From a virus, in IMG/VR virus record IMGVR_UViG_3300005825_000016: DNA of 64,000 nucleotides, one strand, 5' to 3'. Shown piece after piece: positions 42,425 through 52,858 of the stretch. The notes below the pieces were generated by a model. It saw only the letters and a list, made by a program, of their open reading frames with translations, was not told the origin of the DNA and ran no database searches. The position numbers were made by a program, and so were the translations under genes. Within the stretch, counting starts at the first letter, position 1, and every line of letters begins with the position of its first letter.

Positions 42425-44944
42425 ATGACAACCATCTCAATTCTAGGAGGGGATTTTGAAATCCTTTTCGATGACGAGACGGTCGGTGGTAATGCAGTAG
42501 CTGGTATGCGGATGATTCGCCGCGCAACTGGCGCGACCGCGACTGTCTATACGACATTACAGCTTTACTCAGCTATCGCTGATGAGGCTGATGCGTTTCA
42601 GGCCATGGGGTTCAGAAACCCGATGTTACCTGTTACGCCAAACGCCTTTACGCTTGAAAATTACTACTTCATGCCACGCAGCTCCACGGAATGGCTGAAG
42701 GAAGGAACGATCACGGCTGACTGGGCGCTGTCTGCTTCGCCAGATTCGAACGGTAACGGTGTGATCCAAGTGGCCTATAGTGGTGGCACCAACTTTGTGG
42801 CTGGTGATATTGGACGACAAGTCATTCAGGCAGGCACCGGAGATAGCGGCACACTGCTGGATTTCGAAGTAGGTATTGATGGCACGCTGTATGCGTGGAT
42901 CAGGCCGGATGATTCGACGCCAGTTACAGGTGACATCTTTGATGGTACTGGCGCACTTAGCGTTACGGCAGACAGTGGTACTGGTGCATCAACCACCAGT
43001 GTCGCAGGTGTTTCGGGGCAAACTCGATATACTGCTATTCAGGCTATTGGTAGCGTGCCAGCATTCTCGGAAGTTTATGTGTATCAGAATCGCACTAAGC
43101 TGACAGACAGTACTGGTGGGTTCCAATGGTGGACGACTGACCCTGATGTGTCGCTGGGAATTATCTCGATTCTGGTCAGGACGCAGGCATCTGGTACGCT
43201 GATTGCTGATGCTGACCTTGAGGTATTCGCACGTAGGTACACATCACTGTATGACAACTTCCGATTGAACGTCGCAGGTGGTGGTTTTTCAGCACTGCCG
43301 TTGGCATCAGCCCCGGACATTAACAATACAACCGGGTATCGCAGATTTACTGGTTCGGCAGGTTCAGGAACATTTCTTGCTGATGAATTAGTCATTGAAG
43401 CAACGAGTGGAGCGCAAGCTGTACTTACCGCAGTTGGCGGTACGGTTGGTGCTCCGATACTGGAGTACTACCTTGTTGGTGATCTGGTTGATATTTTCAG
43501 CTCTGGCGCACAGACGGTCACTGGTCAGTCATCTGGCGCAACCTGCACATCCGCAGCACCAGTTGCAAATACCGACGGACCAACTGATGTCGCAGCAGGT
43601 GAAGGTGGCACAGTTACCATTACGCTTGGTAGCACGACAGCTGATCATGACGGTAACGGCACAGCAGAGCCTTACTCAATCATAGTTGATGCGCAGGGTG
43701 ACGTATCTGTTGCCAAGGTATATGAGCGCATCAAGTATGTGACTCGGCGTGGCGCAACACAGACTGAGTTGTTTGGTGCTGGTGTCAACATACCGGGTGA
43801 ATCGTATCGCGGTCTTGAAGCGTTGATTTACTATGACACTCCATCAGGAACGTTCAATGAAGGCGATGACATTACTGGTCAGGGCGGCTATACGGCCAGA
43901 CTGATTGGTAATCGCTCATCGGTGGCTGGTGAGGATGTAGTGCAGACCTATATCACAGTTACTGACCAGCAGACGTCACTTGATGCCGTGGTTAATAACG
44001 ATACGCTGACGGATGAATCATCCGATACCGTAGTTGCTGACACCGCAGGAGCAGGTGGCGCAATCCTTTCGATCAGCTCACCAAAGGCATCGCCGTTCGG
44101 TACGTTTACGGGAACCACGATCTTCGGTGCGCGTGGTGTGCTTTACAGCAATATCGACGTAAACCCGCAGGCATACATCCTTACTGATGATCTTGGCACG
44201 CTCAGAACACCGCCGAATACGGTTACGATTCTGATCGACAATACTGCAACCGGAGATCGTGTGCTGGTAGCGCGTGATACTGGTGTTGCTGGCATTATTG
44301 ACAAGGATCAGTTTGGCGGCATGACAGTGACCAGCGCTTCTGCCACGTCGATTACGGTGGCTGGTACGGTGGACTCAGAAGTCCCACCAGTAGGTTGGGT
44401 GCGAGTTGTTGAGAACACGCTTCAGCAGGAGCATCGCTATGCGTACTCGTCTCGAACAACGGGTGCCAGTGGTGTCTTCACGCTGACTGCCATCACACCA
44501 TCGACGGCAACGGGAGGCACAAGTTCAACCGCGCTGGTTGACTCTGGCGCTTCGTTTGTCGCGCAAGGTGTACAGGTTGGCATGTTGATTCAGGACACAA
44601 CCAATACTGGCACCTACGAAGTTGTTTCTGTTACCAACGCAACGACGCTTGTGATCACTCATCTGTATGGTGCAGACCTGTTTGCTTCTGGCGATACTTA
44701 CAACATCAACGAGACGATTCAGGCATACGGAGTAACGGATGATCTCTACGACCTGATTATCGACGCACAAGCAAGCTCTACCAGCTACAGCAATACATTG
44801 GTTAAGACGCCTGCTGCCAACTTCGGTACGGTCGTGAATGTCAGGCAGGGTAAAATAATCCTGCCATTCACCCAGAATGCAACAGTGGGTGACAGTGGGG
44901 TAACGGTAACGGTAGTCAGACAGCCTGACACCATCGCAGTGTAA
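42425..44944 (+). CDS. large beta-rich virion structural protein
   Basis: 839 aa, Thr/Gly/Asp-rich, SD AGGAG. Confidence 0.6.
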   Translation: MTTISILGGDFEILFDDETVGGNAVAGMRMIRRATGATATVYTTLQLYSAIADEADAFQAMGFRNPMLPVTPNAFTLENYYFMPRSSTEWLKEGTITADWALSASPDSNGNGVIQVAYSGGTNFVAGDIGRQVIQAGTGDSGTLLDFEVGIDGTLYAWIRPDDSTPVTGDIFDGTGALSVTADSGTGASTTSVAGVSGQTRYTAIQAIGSVPAFSEVYVYQNRTKLTDSTGGFQWWTTDPDVSLGIISILVRTQASGTLIADADLEVFARRYTSLYDNFRLNVAGGGFSALPLASAPDINNTTGYRRFTGSAGSGTFLADELVIEATSGAQAVLTAVGGTVGAPILEYYLVGDLVDIFSSGAQTVTGQSSGATCTSAAPVANTDGPTDVAAGEGGTVTITLGSTTADHDGNGTAEPYSIIVDAQGDVSVAKVYERIKYVTRRGATQTELFGAGVNIPGESYRGLEALIYYDTPSGTFNEGDDITGQGGYTARLIGNRSSVAGEDVVQTYITVTDQQTSLDAVVNNDTLTDESSDTVVADTAGAGGAILSISSPKASPFGTFTGTTIFGARGVLYSNIDVNPQAYILTDDLGTLRTPPNTVTILIDNTATGDRVLVARDTGVAGIIDKDQFGGMTVTSASATSITVAGTVDSEVPPVGWVRVVENTLQQEHRYAYSSRTTGASGVFTLTAITPSTATGGTSSTALVDSGASFVAQGVQVGMLIQDTTNTGTYEVVSVTNATTLVITHLYGADLFASGDTYNINETIQAYGVTDDLYDLIIDAQASSTSYSNTLVKTPAANFGTVVNVRQGKIILPFTQNATVGDSGVTVTVVRQPDTIAV

Positions 44945-44954
44945 GGGAGCAGAA

Positions 44955-45527
44955 GTGAAAGATAACATCGGTGAGACAGGGGTTAAGTCGGTACGCATCA
45001 ACACTAAGCGCATCGAAGAATTGCCACTTGGTCAGGGTAATCAGGCGAAGGAGCAGATTGCTGATGCTATCGAAACTGAGCGTCTTAATGCGGTAGCCGA
45101 GGTCCGGGCAAGGTATCCATCCCATCGGGTGGATTACCTTGTTGGCCGGATCAATGAGTGCGAAGAGAACAAGAATAGGATTAAGCGATTGCGCACGTCG
45201 CAGCTGGAGATGGTGACGGATTATCAACGTCACCTATCCAATTGCAGGATCAGAGATAAGTTGCTGGAAGCTCTGGAAGAAAACAAGGAGCGCATCAGTG
45301 ATGAGATGTATAAGGAAGAGCGTAAGCGTGTGATGCGTGATTGGGGCTACTACCAGATAGATGGTCTTGAAGCACAGATCGTTCAATGCAATGAAGCAAT
45401 AGAGCGATGCGAGGCCATCCTCGAACAGGAGAATGCTTCGATTAATGAGCATACGCACATCATTACGTTGTGTAAGCAAAGGGACAAAGAACTGGCGAAA
45501 CTTGGGGAGAGCCATAAGGGTTCATGA
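44955..45527 (+). CDS. coiled-coil protein (possible fibre chaperone)
   Basis: 190 aa, charged helical, between structural genes. Confidence 0.45.
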   Translation: MKDNIGETGVKSVRINTKRIEELPLGQGNQAKEQIADAIETERLNAVAEVRARYPSHRVDYLVGRINECEENKNRIKRLRTSQLEMVTDYQRHLSNCRIRDKLLEALEENKERISDEMYKEERKRVMRDWGYYQIDGLEAQIVQCNEAIERCEAILEQENASINEHTHIITLCKQRDKELAKLGESHKGS

Positions 45528-46333
45528 CCACGCGAAATGACATCGCTATCGACTACACGTTATCACCACGTATAGCTCGACTTGCTGCGCCAGAAACGAA
45601 CCTGAGTCTTCAGGATTACGTGGACACACTGCGCGTGCTCGAAAGTCAGTTCAGGGCGATGTCGTATGATTACCTGATTAATGCATCAGGTAAGGAAGAC
45701 CTTGGTGATGGAGTATTGGTTGGCATCACGGTTCAAGAGCAGAACCTGAAGCTGGCATTCGAAGCGAGGCGCACGCCAGCTATTGATGAGGGAGCAGTTA
45801 CGACTGGCTCTGGTGCACCGAATGCCGTGAATAGGTATCAGTTTGTGGATACTGGTGCTAATTTTGTGACAGCAGGCGTGGACGCAGGCTCATTGGTGCT
45901 GAACTGGACTGACCGATCCATGGCTGATGTGGTCAGGGTTATTGATGCCAATACGCTGGAGATAGAAGCATTAGTTAATGGCACAGATAATCAGATGCAG
46001 GTAGCTGATGTGTATTCAGTCTTTAACATCGTTCAGGTGCGTGTATCAGCAGGTAACCTGACAGCTATTGACGACATGGACGCAGCCTTGAATGCAGTTT
46101 TGCCAACGGCATTTACACAAGTGGTGGTAGCACAAGCATCGCAATCTACCATCGTTAACTTGGCAAGCATTGAGACACAGCTGGACACCATCGAAGCCCA
46201 AACCACTGGGGCAGCGATAGGGTCTGGTGTTTGGGACGCGCTTATCAGCGCACACAGCGTTACAGGGTCATTTGGAGAGTTCGTCGTGCGCCGTTTATTG
46301 ACGGTGGCGAAGTTCTTTGCGTTACGAACATGA
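45524..46333 (+). CDS. virion structural protein sharing a module with 42425-44944
   Basis: FVDTGANFVTAGVDAGSLVLN vs LVDSGASFVAQGVQVGMLIQD. Confidence 0.55.
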   Translation: MTTRNDIAIDYTLSPRIARLAAPETNLSLQDYVDTLRVLESQFRAMSYDYLINASGKEDLGDGVLVGITVQEQNLKLAFEARRTPAIDEGAVTTGSGAPNAVNRYQFVDTGANFVTAGVDAGSLVLNWTDRSMADVVRVIDANTLEIEALVNGTDNQMQVADVYSVFNIVQVRVSAGNLTAIDDMDAALNAVLPTAFTQVVVAQASQSTIVNLASIETQLDTIEAQTTGAAIGSGVWDALISAHSVTGSFGEFVVRRLLTVAKFFALRT

Positions 46334-47991
46334 TAGCCAGTCAAGTCAACTTCGATTCATATCAGGCGCAGGGTTATTGGACCCAGATGCAGGCCATGGA
46401 GATGCGCAACGACTTACGCAAGTTTGTTGCCGAAGCATGGCACGTAGTGGAGCCGGGAAAGGAATTTAAGAGCGGCTGGCATATTGATGCCATTTGCGAT
46501 CACCTGACCTACGTATCGCTTGGTGATATTGATGACCTGTGTATCAATATCCCACCAAGACATTCAAAATCAACAGTAGTTGCTGTGATGTGGCCAGCAT
46601 GGGAGTGGATATGGCAACCGTCAACACAATGGCTGTTTGCAACGTATGCGAGCAGCCTGACACTCAGGGACAGCGTGAAGTGCCGCCGCTTAATACAATC
46701 GCCTTGGTATCAGGAGCATTTCGGGGAGAGCTTCATGTTGTCGAGCGACCTGAACCAGAAGGGACGCTTCGATAATAATTATTATGGATACCGACTCGCA
46801 ACGTCAGTCGGTGGAACGGCAACAGGTGAGGGTGGTGATCGTATTGTTGTGGACGATGCGCACAACATGAAAGAAATTAACTCTGACACGATTCGTGGTG
46901 GAGTTATTGACTGGTGGCGAGACACCATGTCAACACGCGGCAACGATATGAAAAAACTCGGACGTGTGATTATCGCGCAGCGCGGTCACCACCAAGACCT
47001 TCCCGGTCATGTGTTATCTACTGGTGGGTGGGTGCACCTGAATCTTCCCGGTTATTTTGATCCAAAGAATCGTTGTGTAACACGAGCGAAGAAGGATTCG
47101 AATCGTATTGTTCCAGTACGTGATGATGGCATCTTTACCTTTGGTGATCACATCGAGCCGCTGGAGAAGAATCAAGTCATTTTTCGCGATCCACGTAAGC
47201 GTAAGAATGATCTGCTTCAAGAAGATCGCTTCGGTCATGAAGAGATGGCAAAGCTCTCGATGGAGCTGACAGAGCGTGGCTTTGAAGCACAGATTCAGCA
47301 GAACCCTTCCGCGAAGGGTGGCAACATTCTCAAAGAGCATCACTGGCGTGAGTGGAAAGATATTGAGTTACCACCAATTTCAATGATCGTGCAGTCTTAT
47401 GACACGGCCTTTGAGGAAGAGGAAGAGAATGATTATTCGGCCCGTACCACGTGGGGCGTATTCGAGCATGAAGAATATCTTGACCCGAAACTGCCGTGGA
47501 CTGCGAAGTTCAAAGGTCAAAAGCGACTCAGTATGATTATGCTGGAGCGCATGAATAAGCGTATGGAATTTCCTGAGCTGCGTGAGAATGCGATTGAGGC
47601 AGCACAGCTATGGAAGCCGGATAAGGTGCTGGTGGAAAAGAAGGCATCAGGTCACTCTCTGGCACAAGAGTTGCGTCGCGCCGGATTACCGGTGGCTCGC
47701 ATCAAGGTGACTGATTCCAAGTTTGTTCGAGCACATGCTGCGTCACTGGTTCTTGAGCGCGGTTGTGTTTGGTATGTGAAGCGTAAGTGGGCTGAAGAAG
47801 TGATCAAACAGTGCGGTGCTTTCCCAGCAGATGATCATGACGATATGGTAGATACGGTCACGATGGCTTTGCTGTGGCTTCGCAAGAAGTGGAGCGCAGA
47901 CTTCCTTGATGACGACGATGACAACGACAACCTGATGAACCATGTGAACAAGCCAGTTCGCACTTACGGTGGCGTCAGAGGGGCAACATAA
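46330..47991 (+). CDS. terL: terminase large subunit
   Basis: INIPPRHSKS, IVVDDAH, QSYDTAF, VEKKASG, HDDMVD; ATG 46330 overlaps the upstream stop. Confidence 0.95.
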   Translation: MIASQVNFDSYQAQGYWTQMQAMEMRNDLRKFVAEAWHVVEPGKEFKSGWHIDAICDHLTYVSLGDIDDLCINIPPRHSKSTVVAVMWPAWEWIWQPSTQWLFATYASSLTLRDSVKCRRLIQSPWYQEHFGESFMLSSDLNQKGRFDNNYYGYRLATSVGGTATGEGGDRIVVDDAHNMKEINSDTIRGGVIDWWRDTMSTRGNDMKKLGRVIIAQRGHHQDLPGHVLSTGGWVHLNLPGYFDPKNRCVTRAKKDSNRIVPVRDDGIFTFGDHIEPLEKNQVIFRDPRKRKNDLLQEDRFGHEEMAKLSMELTERGFEAQIQQNPSAKGGNILKEHHWREWKDIELPPISMIVQSYDTAFEEEEENDYSARTTWGVFEHEEYLDPKLPWTAKFKGQKRLSMIMLERMNKRMEFPELRENAIEAAQLWKPDKVLVEKKASGHSLAQELRRAGLPVARIKVTDSKFVRAHAASLVLERGCVWYVKRKWAEEVIKQCGAFPADDHDDMVDTVTMALLWLRKKWSADFLDDDDDNDNLMNHVNKPVRTYGGVRGAT

Positions 47992-50417
47992 TGGCAAGAC
48001 GATCAGACGATATAGATTACGGACGCAGCCCTGAGATGCCAGCTCTTGAAGACGAGGGCTTTGAAGGCATGGTGGGAGATGCTTCCGTGGTTCGCAGGGG
48101 TAATAGCGCAACGGTTGATTTTAATCCCGGCATGAGTCGCACATCACAGGATGACAGCGATGAACACGCTGGCAACATCATGCATGACCTGAGCGAGCAG
48201 GAACTCGCTGATCTTGCGAATAAGGTCTGTGATTGGGTTGAGGTTGATCTCCAGTCACGCAAGGATTGGGAGCGGCGCATGGATCAGGCGATGGAGCTGC
48301 TTGGGCTAAATAACATGCCCTTGGATGAGCTGCCGTTTGATGGCGCATCTGCTGTTACTTATCCATTGATCGGTGAAGCCGTGGTGCAGTTCCAGTCACG
48401 CGCTATCGAAGAGGTGTTTCCGTCCGAAGGTCCAGTGAAGGTGAAGATGGTAGGTGAGGTGACACGCGAGAAAGAAGAGCAGGCAGAGCGCGTCAAGAAC
48501 CACATGAACTATCAGATTCTGGATCAGGATCGCAGTTACTTCTGGCAGGTAGATCAGATGCTGTTCTATTTGCCATTGGCTGGTTCGGCATTCAAGAAGA
48601 CATATTGGGATTCCATCAGTGAGATGGTGGTTAGCCGGTATATCCAGTCACCTGATTTTATCGTGCCATACATCGCTACCGATCTTGCCAGTGCGCCGCG
48701 TTATACGCATCGCATGTTCAAGAATAAGACAGAAATGCAGAAGCTGTTTGAATCAGACTTCTGGGAAGAGATCGACCTACCGTCTTCAACGCCATACAGT
48801 AGCGATCAGCTGGATGACAGGGAGCATGTGAATCGTGATCAGGCTGATTCTCGCAGTCCAGAAATGCATACCGATGATGATGTGTACACCATATTCGAAT
48901 GCCACTGTGACATGTCATTTGATAGAGAGATAGAACGTTACGGTCGGAAAGCACCATTGCCGTATGTAGTGACGGTCGAGAAGTCTACTCGCAAGGTCAT
49001 GTCGATTCGGCGTAACTGGAAGGAAGATGATTCTCGGATGCAGAAGCGCATCTGGTTTACGCATTACAAGTATCTGCCGGGGCTTGGTTTCTATGGCTTT
49101 GGTTTGCTGCACATGATTGGCAGTGTTGCTGAAGCTACGTCAGGTACGATCCGTGCATTACTTGATAGTGCGTCCTTTGCCAATATGCAGGGCGGTTTCG
49201 TTTCGAATGATGCGAAGATTAAACCGGGAGACAACCACATCTCTCCGGGCGTTTACAAAGAAGTGAATATGTCTGCTGAAGAGCTGTCGCGTGCATTTTA
49301 TACGCCACCCTTCAAAGACCCATCTCCAGCGCTTGCCAAATTATTTGAAGTACTACTCGATTCGGGTAAGTCATTCTCATCTTCAACAGAGGTGATGACT
49401 GGAGACGCAAAGAACACTGGTCCGGTGGGTACTACCATCGCTCTCATAGAACAAGGCTCCAAGCCTTTCTCGGCCATCCATCGTCGCCTGCATATGGCGG
49501 CGGCTGAAGAGTTCAAGCTACGCGCTGAACTTAACTATGAATTCCTGCCGGACCAGTATCCATACAAAGTCGAAGACGCAGAGTCAGTTGTGTTGCGTGA
49601 TGACTATGATGGACGTGTTGACGTTATTCCCATCAGTGACCCGAACATCTTCTCATCGACGCAGAGGATTGCACAGGGTCAGGCGCTGGTGGAATTGGCC
49701 GATTCACATCCACATATTTACAACCAGATGGAGTGCCATGAGCGATTCCTGAAGGCTATTCGTATTCCTGATTATGAGTCGGTGTTACAGAAGAATGAGC
49801 CGCAGCGACTTGATCCTATTACAGAAAACATGCAGATGATGCAGGGTCAGGGTGGTAAGGCATGGCTTGATCAGGATCACGATGCTCATTTGCGAGTGCA
49901 TGTGAACTTCATTAATGGCTTGCTTCCAGAGGCATTGGAGATGATTGGTCCAATCATGCAGGCGCACATGGCTGAGCATTATGCCTTCAAGTACTTCAAT
50001 GAGATGAATCGTATGATGGGTGGTGAACTGCCGGAGCCGGGTCAGTTTGGTCCTGACCAGCCGATGCCACCAGAATATGAGCAGCAGATTGCTCAGATGG
50101 CAGCACAGTTGCCGCAGATTCAAATTATGGACCCATCGCTTGCGATTGATCCAGTAGAAGAAAGCCACGAAGCAGAAGAGCGCAGAAAGGATGATGCGCA
50201 CGCTCGTGAACAAGCTCGTAAGGATGATGCGATGGTGGCTGATATAGAGCGCGGTGAGTTGGCCGCGATGAGTAAAGAACAGCGTGATGACTTCATGGCG
50301 CAGCGCAAGGAGCAGCGTGAGCAAAAAGCAAATGAAGCGAAGATCGAACGTGAGAATAGGCTGGCAGCAGCAAAAGCTGCGAATGCGAAAAAGGCACGAC
50401 CGAGTGGCACAAATTAA
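47991..50417 (+). CDS. portal protein (P22-like)
   Basis: PFDGASAVTYPLIGEAVVQFQSRA...GPVKVK...LPLAGSAFKK; follows terL. Confidence 0.92.
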   Translation: MARRSDDIDYGRSPEMPALEDEGFEGMVGDASVVRRGNSATVDFNPGMSRTSQDDSDEHAGNIMHDLSEQELADLANKVCDWVEVDLQSRKDWERRMDQAMELLGLNNMPLDELPFDGASAVTYPLIGEAVVQFQSRAIEEVFPSEGPVKVKMVGEVTREKEEQAERVKNHMNYQILDQDRSYFWQVDQMLFYLPLAGSAFKKTYWDSISEMVVSRYIQSPDFIVPYIATDLASAPRYTHRMFKNKTEMQKLFESDFWEEIDLPSSTPYSSDQLDDREHVNRDQADSRSPEMHTDDDVYTIFECHCDMSFDREIERYGRKAPLPYVVTVEKSTRKVMSIRRNWKEDDSRMQKRIWFTHYKYLPGLGFYGFGLLHMIGSVAEATSGTIRALLDSASFANMQGGFVSNDAKIKPGDNHISPGVYKEVNMSAEELSRAFYTPPFKDPSPALAKLFEVLLDSGKSFSSSTEVMTGDAKNTGPVGTTIALIEQGSKPFSAIHRRLHMAAAEEFKLRAELNYEFLPDQYPYKVEDAESVVLRDDYDGRVDVIPISDPNIFSSTQRIAQGQALVELADSHPHIYNQMECHERFLKAIRIPDYESVLQKNEPQRLDPITENMQMMQGQGGKAWLDQDHDAHLRVHVNFINGLLPEALEMIGPIMQAHMAEHYAFKYFNEMNRMMGGELPEPGQFGPDQPMPPEYEQQIAQMAAQLPQIQIMDPSLAIDPVEESHEAEERRKDDAHAREQARKDDAMVADIERGELAAMSKEQRDDFMAQRKEQREQKANEAKIERENRLAAAKAANAKKARPSGTN

Positions 50418-50592
50418 ACCGAAACAAGTGCGTGCAGCACGCGAGTTCCTGCGTAAGCGGGGTATTCGTGGTGTCTCCCCTCGACAATTTGCCCGTTCCT
50501 CTGAGGAAACTGGCATGACCTATCAAACACTGCTCGAAAATCTGGCAGGTGTAGCAAAAAGGAAACTTAAAAATGCAACAAATATCACTTAG
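50404..50592 (+). CDS. small basic hypothetical protein
   Basis: GTG 50404, in frame with the listed ORF. Confidence 0.45.
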   Translation: MAQIKPKQVRAAREFLRKRGIRGVSPRQFARSSEETGMTYQTLLENLAGVAKRKLKNATNIT

Positions 50593-50812
50593 GCAATTCG
50601 TAAAAGACATGCAGACCGGGTTAAACCAGATGGCTGTTTCAGCATCAGCCCAACTTGGTAAGGGGCAGTGTGCCAATTTCGAGGAATACAAATCGAAGGT
50701 TGGCTTTATCAAGGGTCTGGAGGCAGCAGCACAGATGGCTGATCAGATGGTTCGCGCTTATGAGGATGCTGCACGCGAGGGCAAGGATGATCTGCCAGAG
50801 ATGACGCCATGA
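50573..50812 (+). CDS. conserved small head-region protein
   Basis: CANFEEYKSKVGFIKGLEAA pattern typical of genes between portal and GroES. Confidence 0.65.
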   Translation: MQQISLRQFVKDMQTGLNQMAVSASAQLGKGQCANFEEYKSKVGFIKGLEAAAQMADQMVRAYEDAAREGKDDLPEMTP

Positions 50813-51204
50813 GCGAAGTCGGCTTCTTAAAGCCAGAGCGCAACATTGAAGCGGAGCTGCCAGTACAGCCAATTGGCTGGCGCATATTGGTTCGTCCATT
50901 CGAGGCACCGAAGACTTCAGCTGGTGGCATTCAGCTACCTGATGAAGCATTGGAGTCTGAAGCGCACCTGACGTATGTCGGGCAAATCGTTGCTATGGGT
51001 GATCAGTGTTACAAAGCTGTCACGCGATCAGGCATTGAGCTGGCTAACATTAATCCGAAGCCAAAGATTGGTGATTGGATTATGTATGGCACTTATGGTG
51101 GGCAGAAGATTGTCACCAAGGCTGGCGCGAAATATCTCATGATGAATGATGACTGCATCATGGGAATCGTAAAAGACCCGGCCAGCTTCCGGGCATATTT
51201 GTAA
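50809..51204 (+). CDS. groES: co-chaperonin GroES-like
   Basis: QPIGWRILVRP...KTSAGGIQLP...GQIVAMG...KIGDWIMYGTYGG...MMNDD. Confidence 0.9.
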   Translation: MSEVGFLKPERNIEAELPVQPIGWRILVRPFEAPKTSAGGIQLPDEALESEAHLTYVGQIVAMGDQCYKAVTRSGIELANINPKPKIGDWIMYGTYGGQKIVTKAGAKYLMMNDDCIMGIVKDPASFRAYL

Positions 51205-51216
51205 CAGGGGTGTATT

Positions 51217-52296
51217 ATGGGTAAGAATGCAGAGGACAACATCGTCTTTGAAGACCTACACGGTGTAAACGAAGACGAACCGATAACGATAGACTTGGAC
51301 GCTGACACGAAAGGCGACGGCATCACGCGCACTCCCGCTGAACAAGCGGCAGACGATGATGACGGAGACGACGACAGCTTTCAGTTTGACGAACTACGAT
51401 CCGCAGACGCAAAGGATGACGATGAGTCAGACGATGCAGCCGATTCGAAGGGAGACAAAAAGAAAGCTGCAAGTAGTGACAGTGAGGATGACGATTACTC
51501 GAAGAAGGTTAAGGCTCGCATAGAACGTGAGCGCCGCGCCAAAAAGAAGGAGAGTGAACGCGCTGAGTACTGGGAAAGTCAGGCGCGTAAACTTGCGAAG
51601 GATTCGTATGAGCGCGATAAGAAATCTTTGGAGAGGGAAGTCGAACAGGCGAGTTCAGATTACAAACAAGTGCAGGCCGACCTCGAAGCAGCCATCGAAG
51701 CCGGTAACACCAAGGATCAGGTGCGACTTACGTCGCGGCTGTCTGATCTGAAAGCTGACAAGGTTTTAGCTGAATCTCGCCTTGATTCTTTATCACCTGA
51801 TGGTATTGTACAGCCATATGATGATAAGATTTCCCCAGAAGGTGGGAAGTCCAAAGTTAGCCTTGCTGACAAATGGATGGAAGACCGGGGAGATTGGTAC
51901 GGCGCGAAAGGCTTTGAACGTCAAACGCGCCTTGCCAATCGCTTAGATAAAGAAGTATTTGCAGATGGCTACCGTCCTGATTCGCCTGACTATTTTGAAG
52001 AACTGGACAGACGATTAAGGGAGAAAGAGCCAAACCTGTATGATGACTTGGGTGCTGCCGATGACACTGACAAGTACGACAAAGAGGATAAGCCTGACAA
52101 ACGTCGAGGTAAACCTGTTGTCGCACCAGTTGGTGGTAATGAATCACGTCGCCAGCGCACAAGTACCAGCAAAGTCGAGCTTACGGAGGACGATTTCGCA
52201 ACTATGAGGCAGTTCAATCTGGATACGAATGATCCAGAGGTTCTGAAAGAATTTGCCAGAAATAAACGCGAAGCCGAACAAGGAGCACGACGATGA
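51217..52296 (+). CDS. scaffolding protein
   Basis: Acidic N-terminus, YSKKVKARI coiled coil, DYFEELDRRL, position before MCP. Confidence 0.75.
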   Translation: MGKNAEDNIVFEDLHGVNEDEPITIDLDADTKGDGITRTPAEQAADDDDGDDDSFQFDELRSADAKDDDESDDAADSKGDKKKAASSDSEDDDYSKKVKARIERERRAKKKESERAEYWESQARKLAKDSYERDKKSLEREVEQASSDYKQVQADLEAAIEAGNTKDQVRLTSRLSDLKADKVLAESRLDSLSPDGIVQPYDDKISPEGGKSKVSLADKWMEDRGDWYGAKGFERQTRLANRLDKEVFADGYRPDSPDYFEELDRRLREKEPNLYDDLGAADDTDKYDKEDKPDKRRGKPVVAPVGGNESRRQRTSTSKVELTEDDFATMRQFNLDTNDPEVLKEFARNKREAEQGARR

Positions 52297-52847
52297 TTGC
52301 TAAGAAATCAGGAAAGAAAGTAGCACCGAAACCCGCTGTTACTACCCATGGCACTGACCATGGACACGAGTCTCGTGTGGACGAGATGTCGGAGTACGAT
52401 GCCACCCACCAACAGGAAGCGACTCAGTGGATTCGTCCATCGAGTCTTGATGCTCCTGACCCACGCGAAGGTATGGAACAGCGTTGGGTTAGGAAATCTC
52501 TGCGAGGTGCGGATGATCCCAAGAACTTGAACAGAAGTTGGCGTGAAGGATGGAGACCACGTGCTCCAGACACGTTGCCAGAAGAGTGGCGCATTTACGC
52601 AAATTTCGCTGACAAGTCTGAAGGGATGATTGTGGTGGATGATCTCATCTTGATGGAGATCGACTCTCGTGTCCTGAAGCAGCGCAAACGCGCCATCGAA
52701 TCGGCAACCGCCAATCAGATGCGCAGTGTTGAACATGACCTTGAGTCAACCCAGATAGCTGGTCATCCGATTGTGAGGGAACATAAAACGTCGGTGTCTT
52801 ATCCAGCACACAGGGTTCAGCCCGTTGGAGTGGCCGACGATGACTGA
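52293..52847 (+). CDS. conserved head-region protein
   Basis: WIRPSSLDAPDPREGMEQRWVR...REGWRP...DLILME. Confidence 0.7.
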   Translation: MIAKKSGKKVAPKPAVTTHGTDHGHESRVDEMSEYDATHQQEATQWIRPSSLDAPDPREGMEQRWVRKSLRGADDPKNLNRSWREGWRPRAPDTLPEEWRIYANFADKSEGMIVVDDLILMEIDSRVLKQRKRAIESATANQMRSVEHDLESTQIAGHPIVREHKTSVSYPAHRVQPVGVADDD

Positions 52848-52858
52848 GGTAATGTTCA

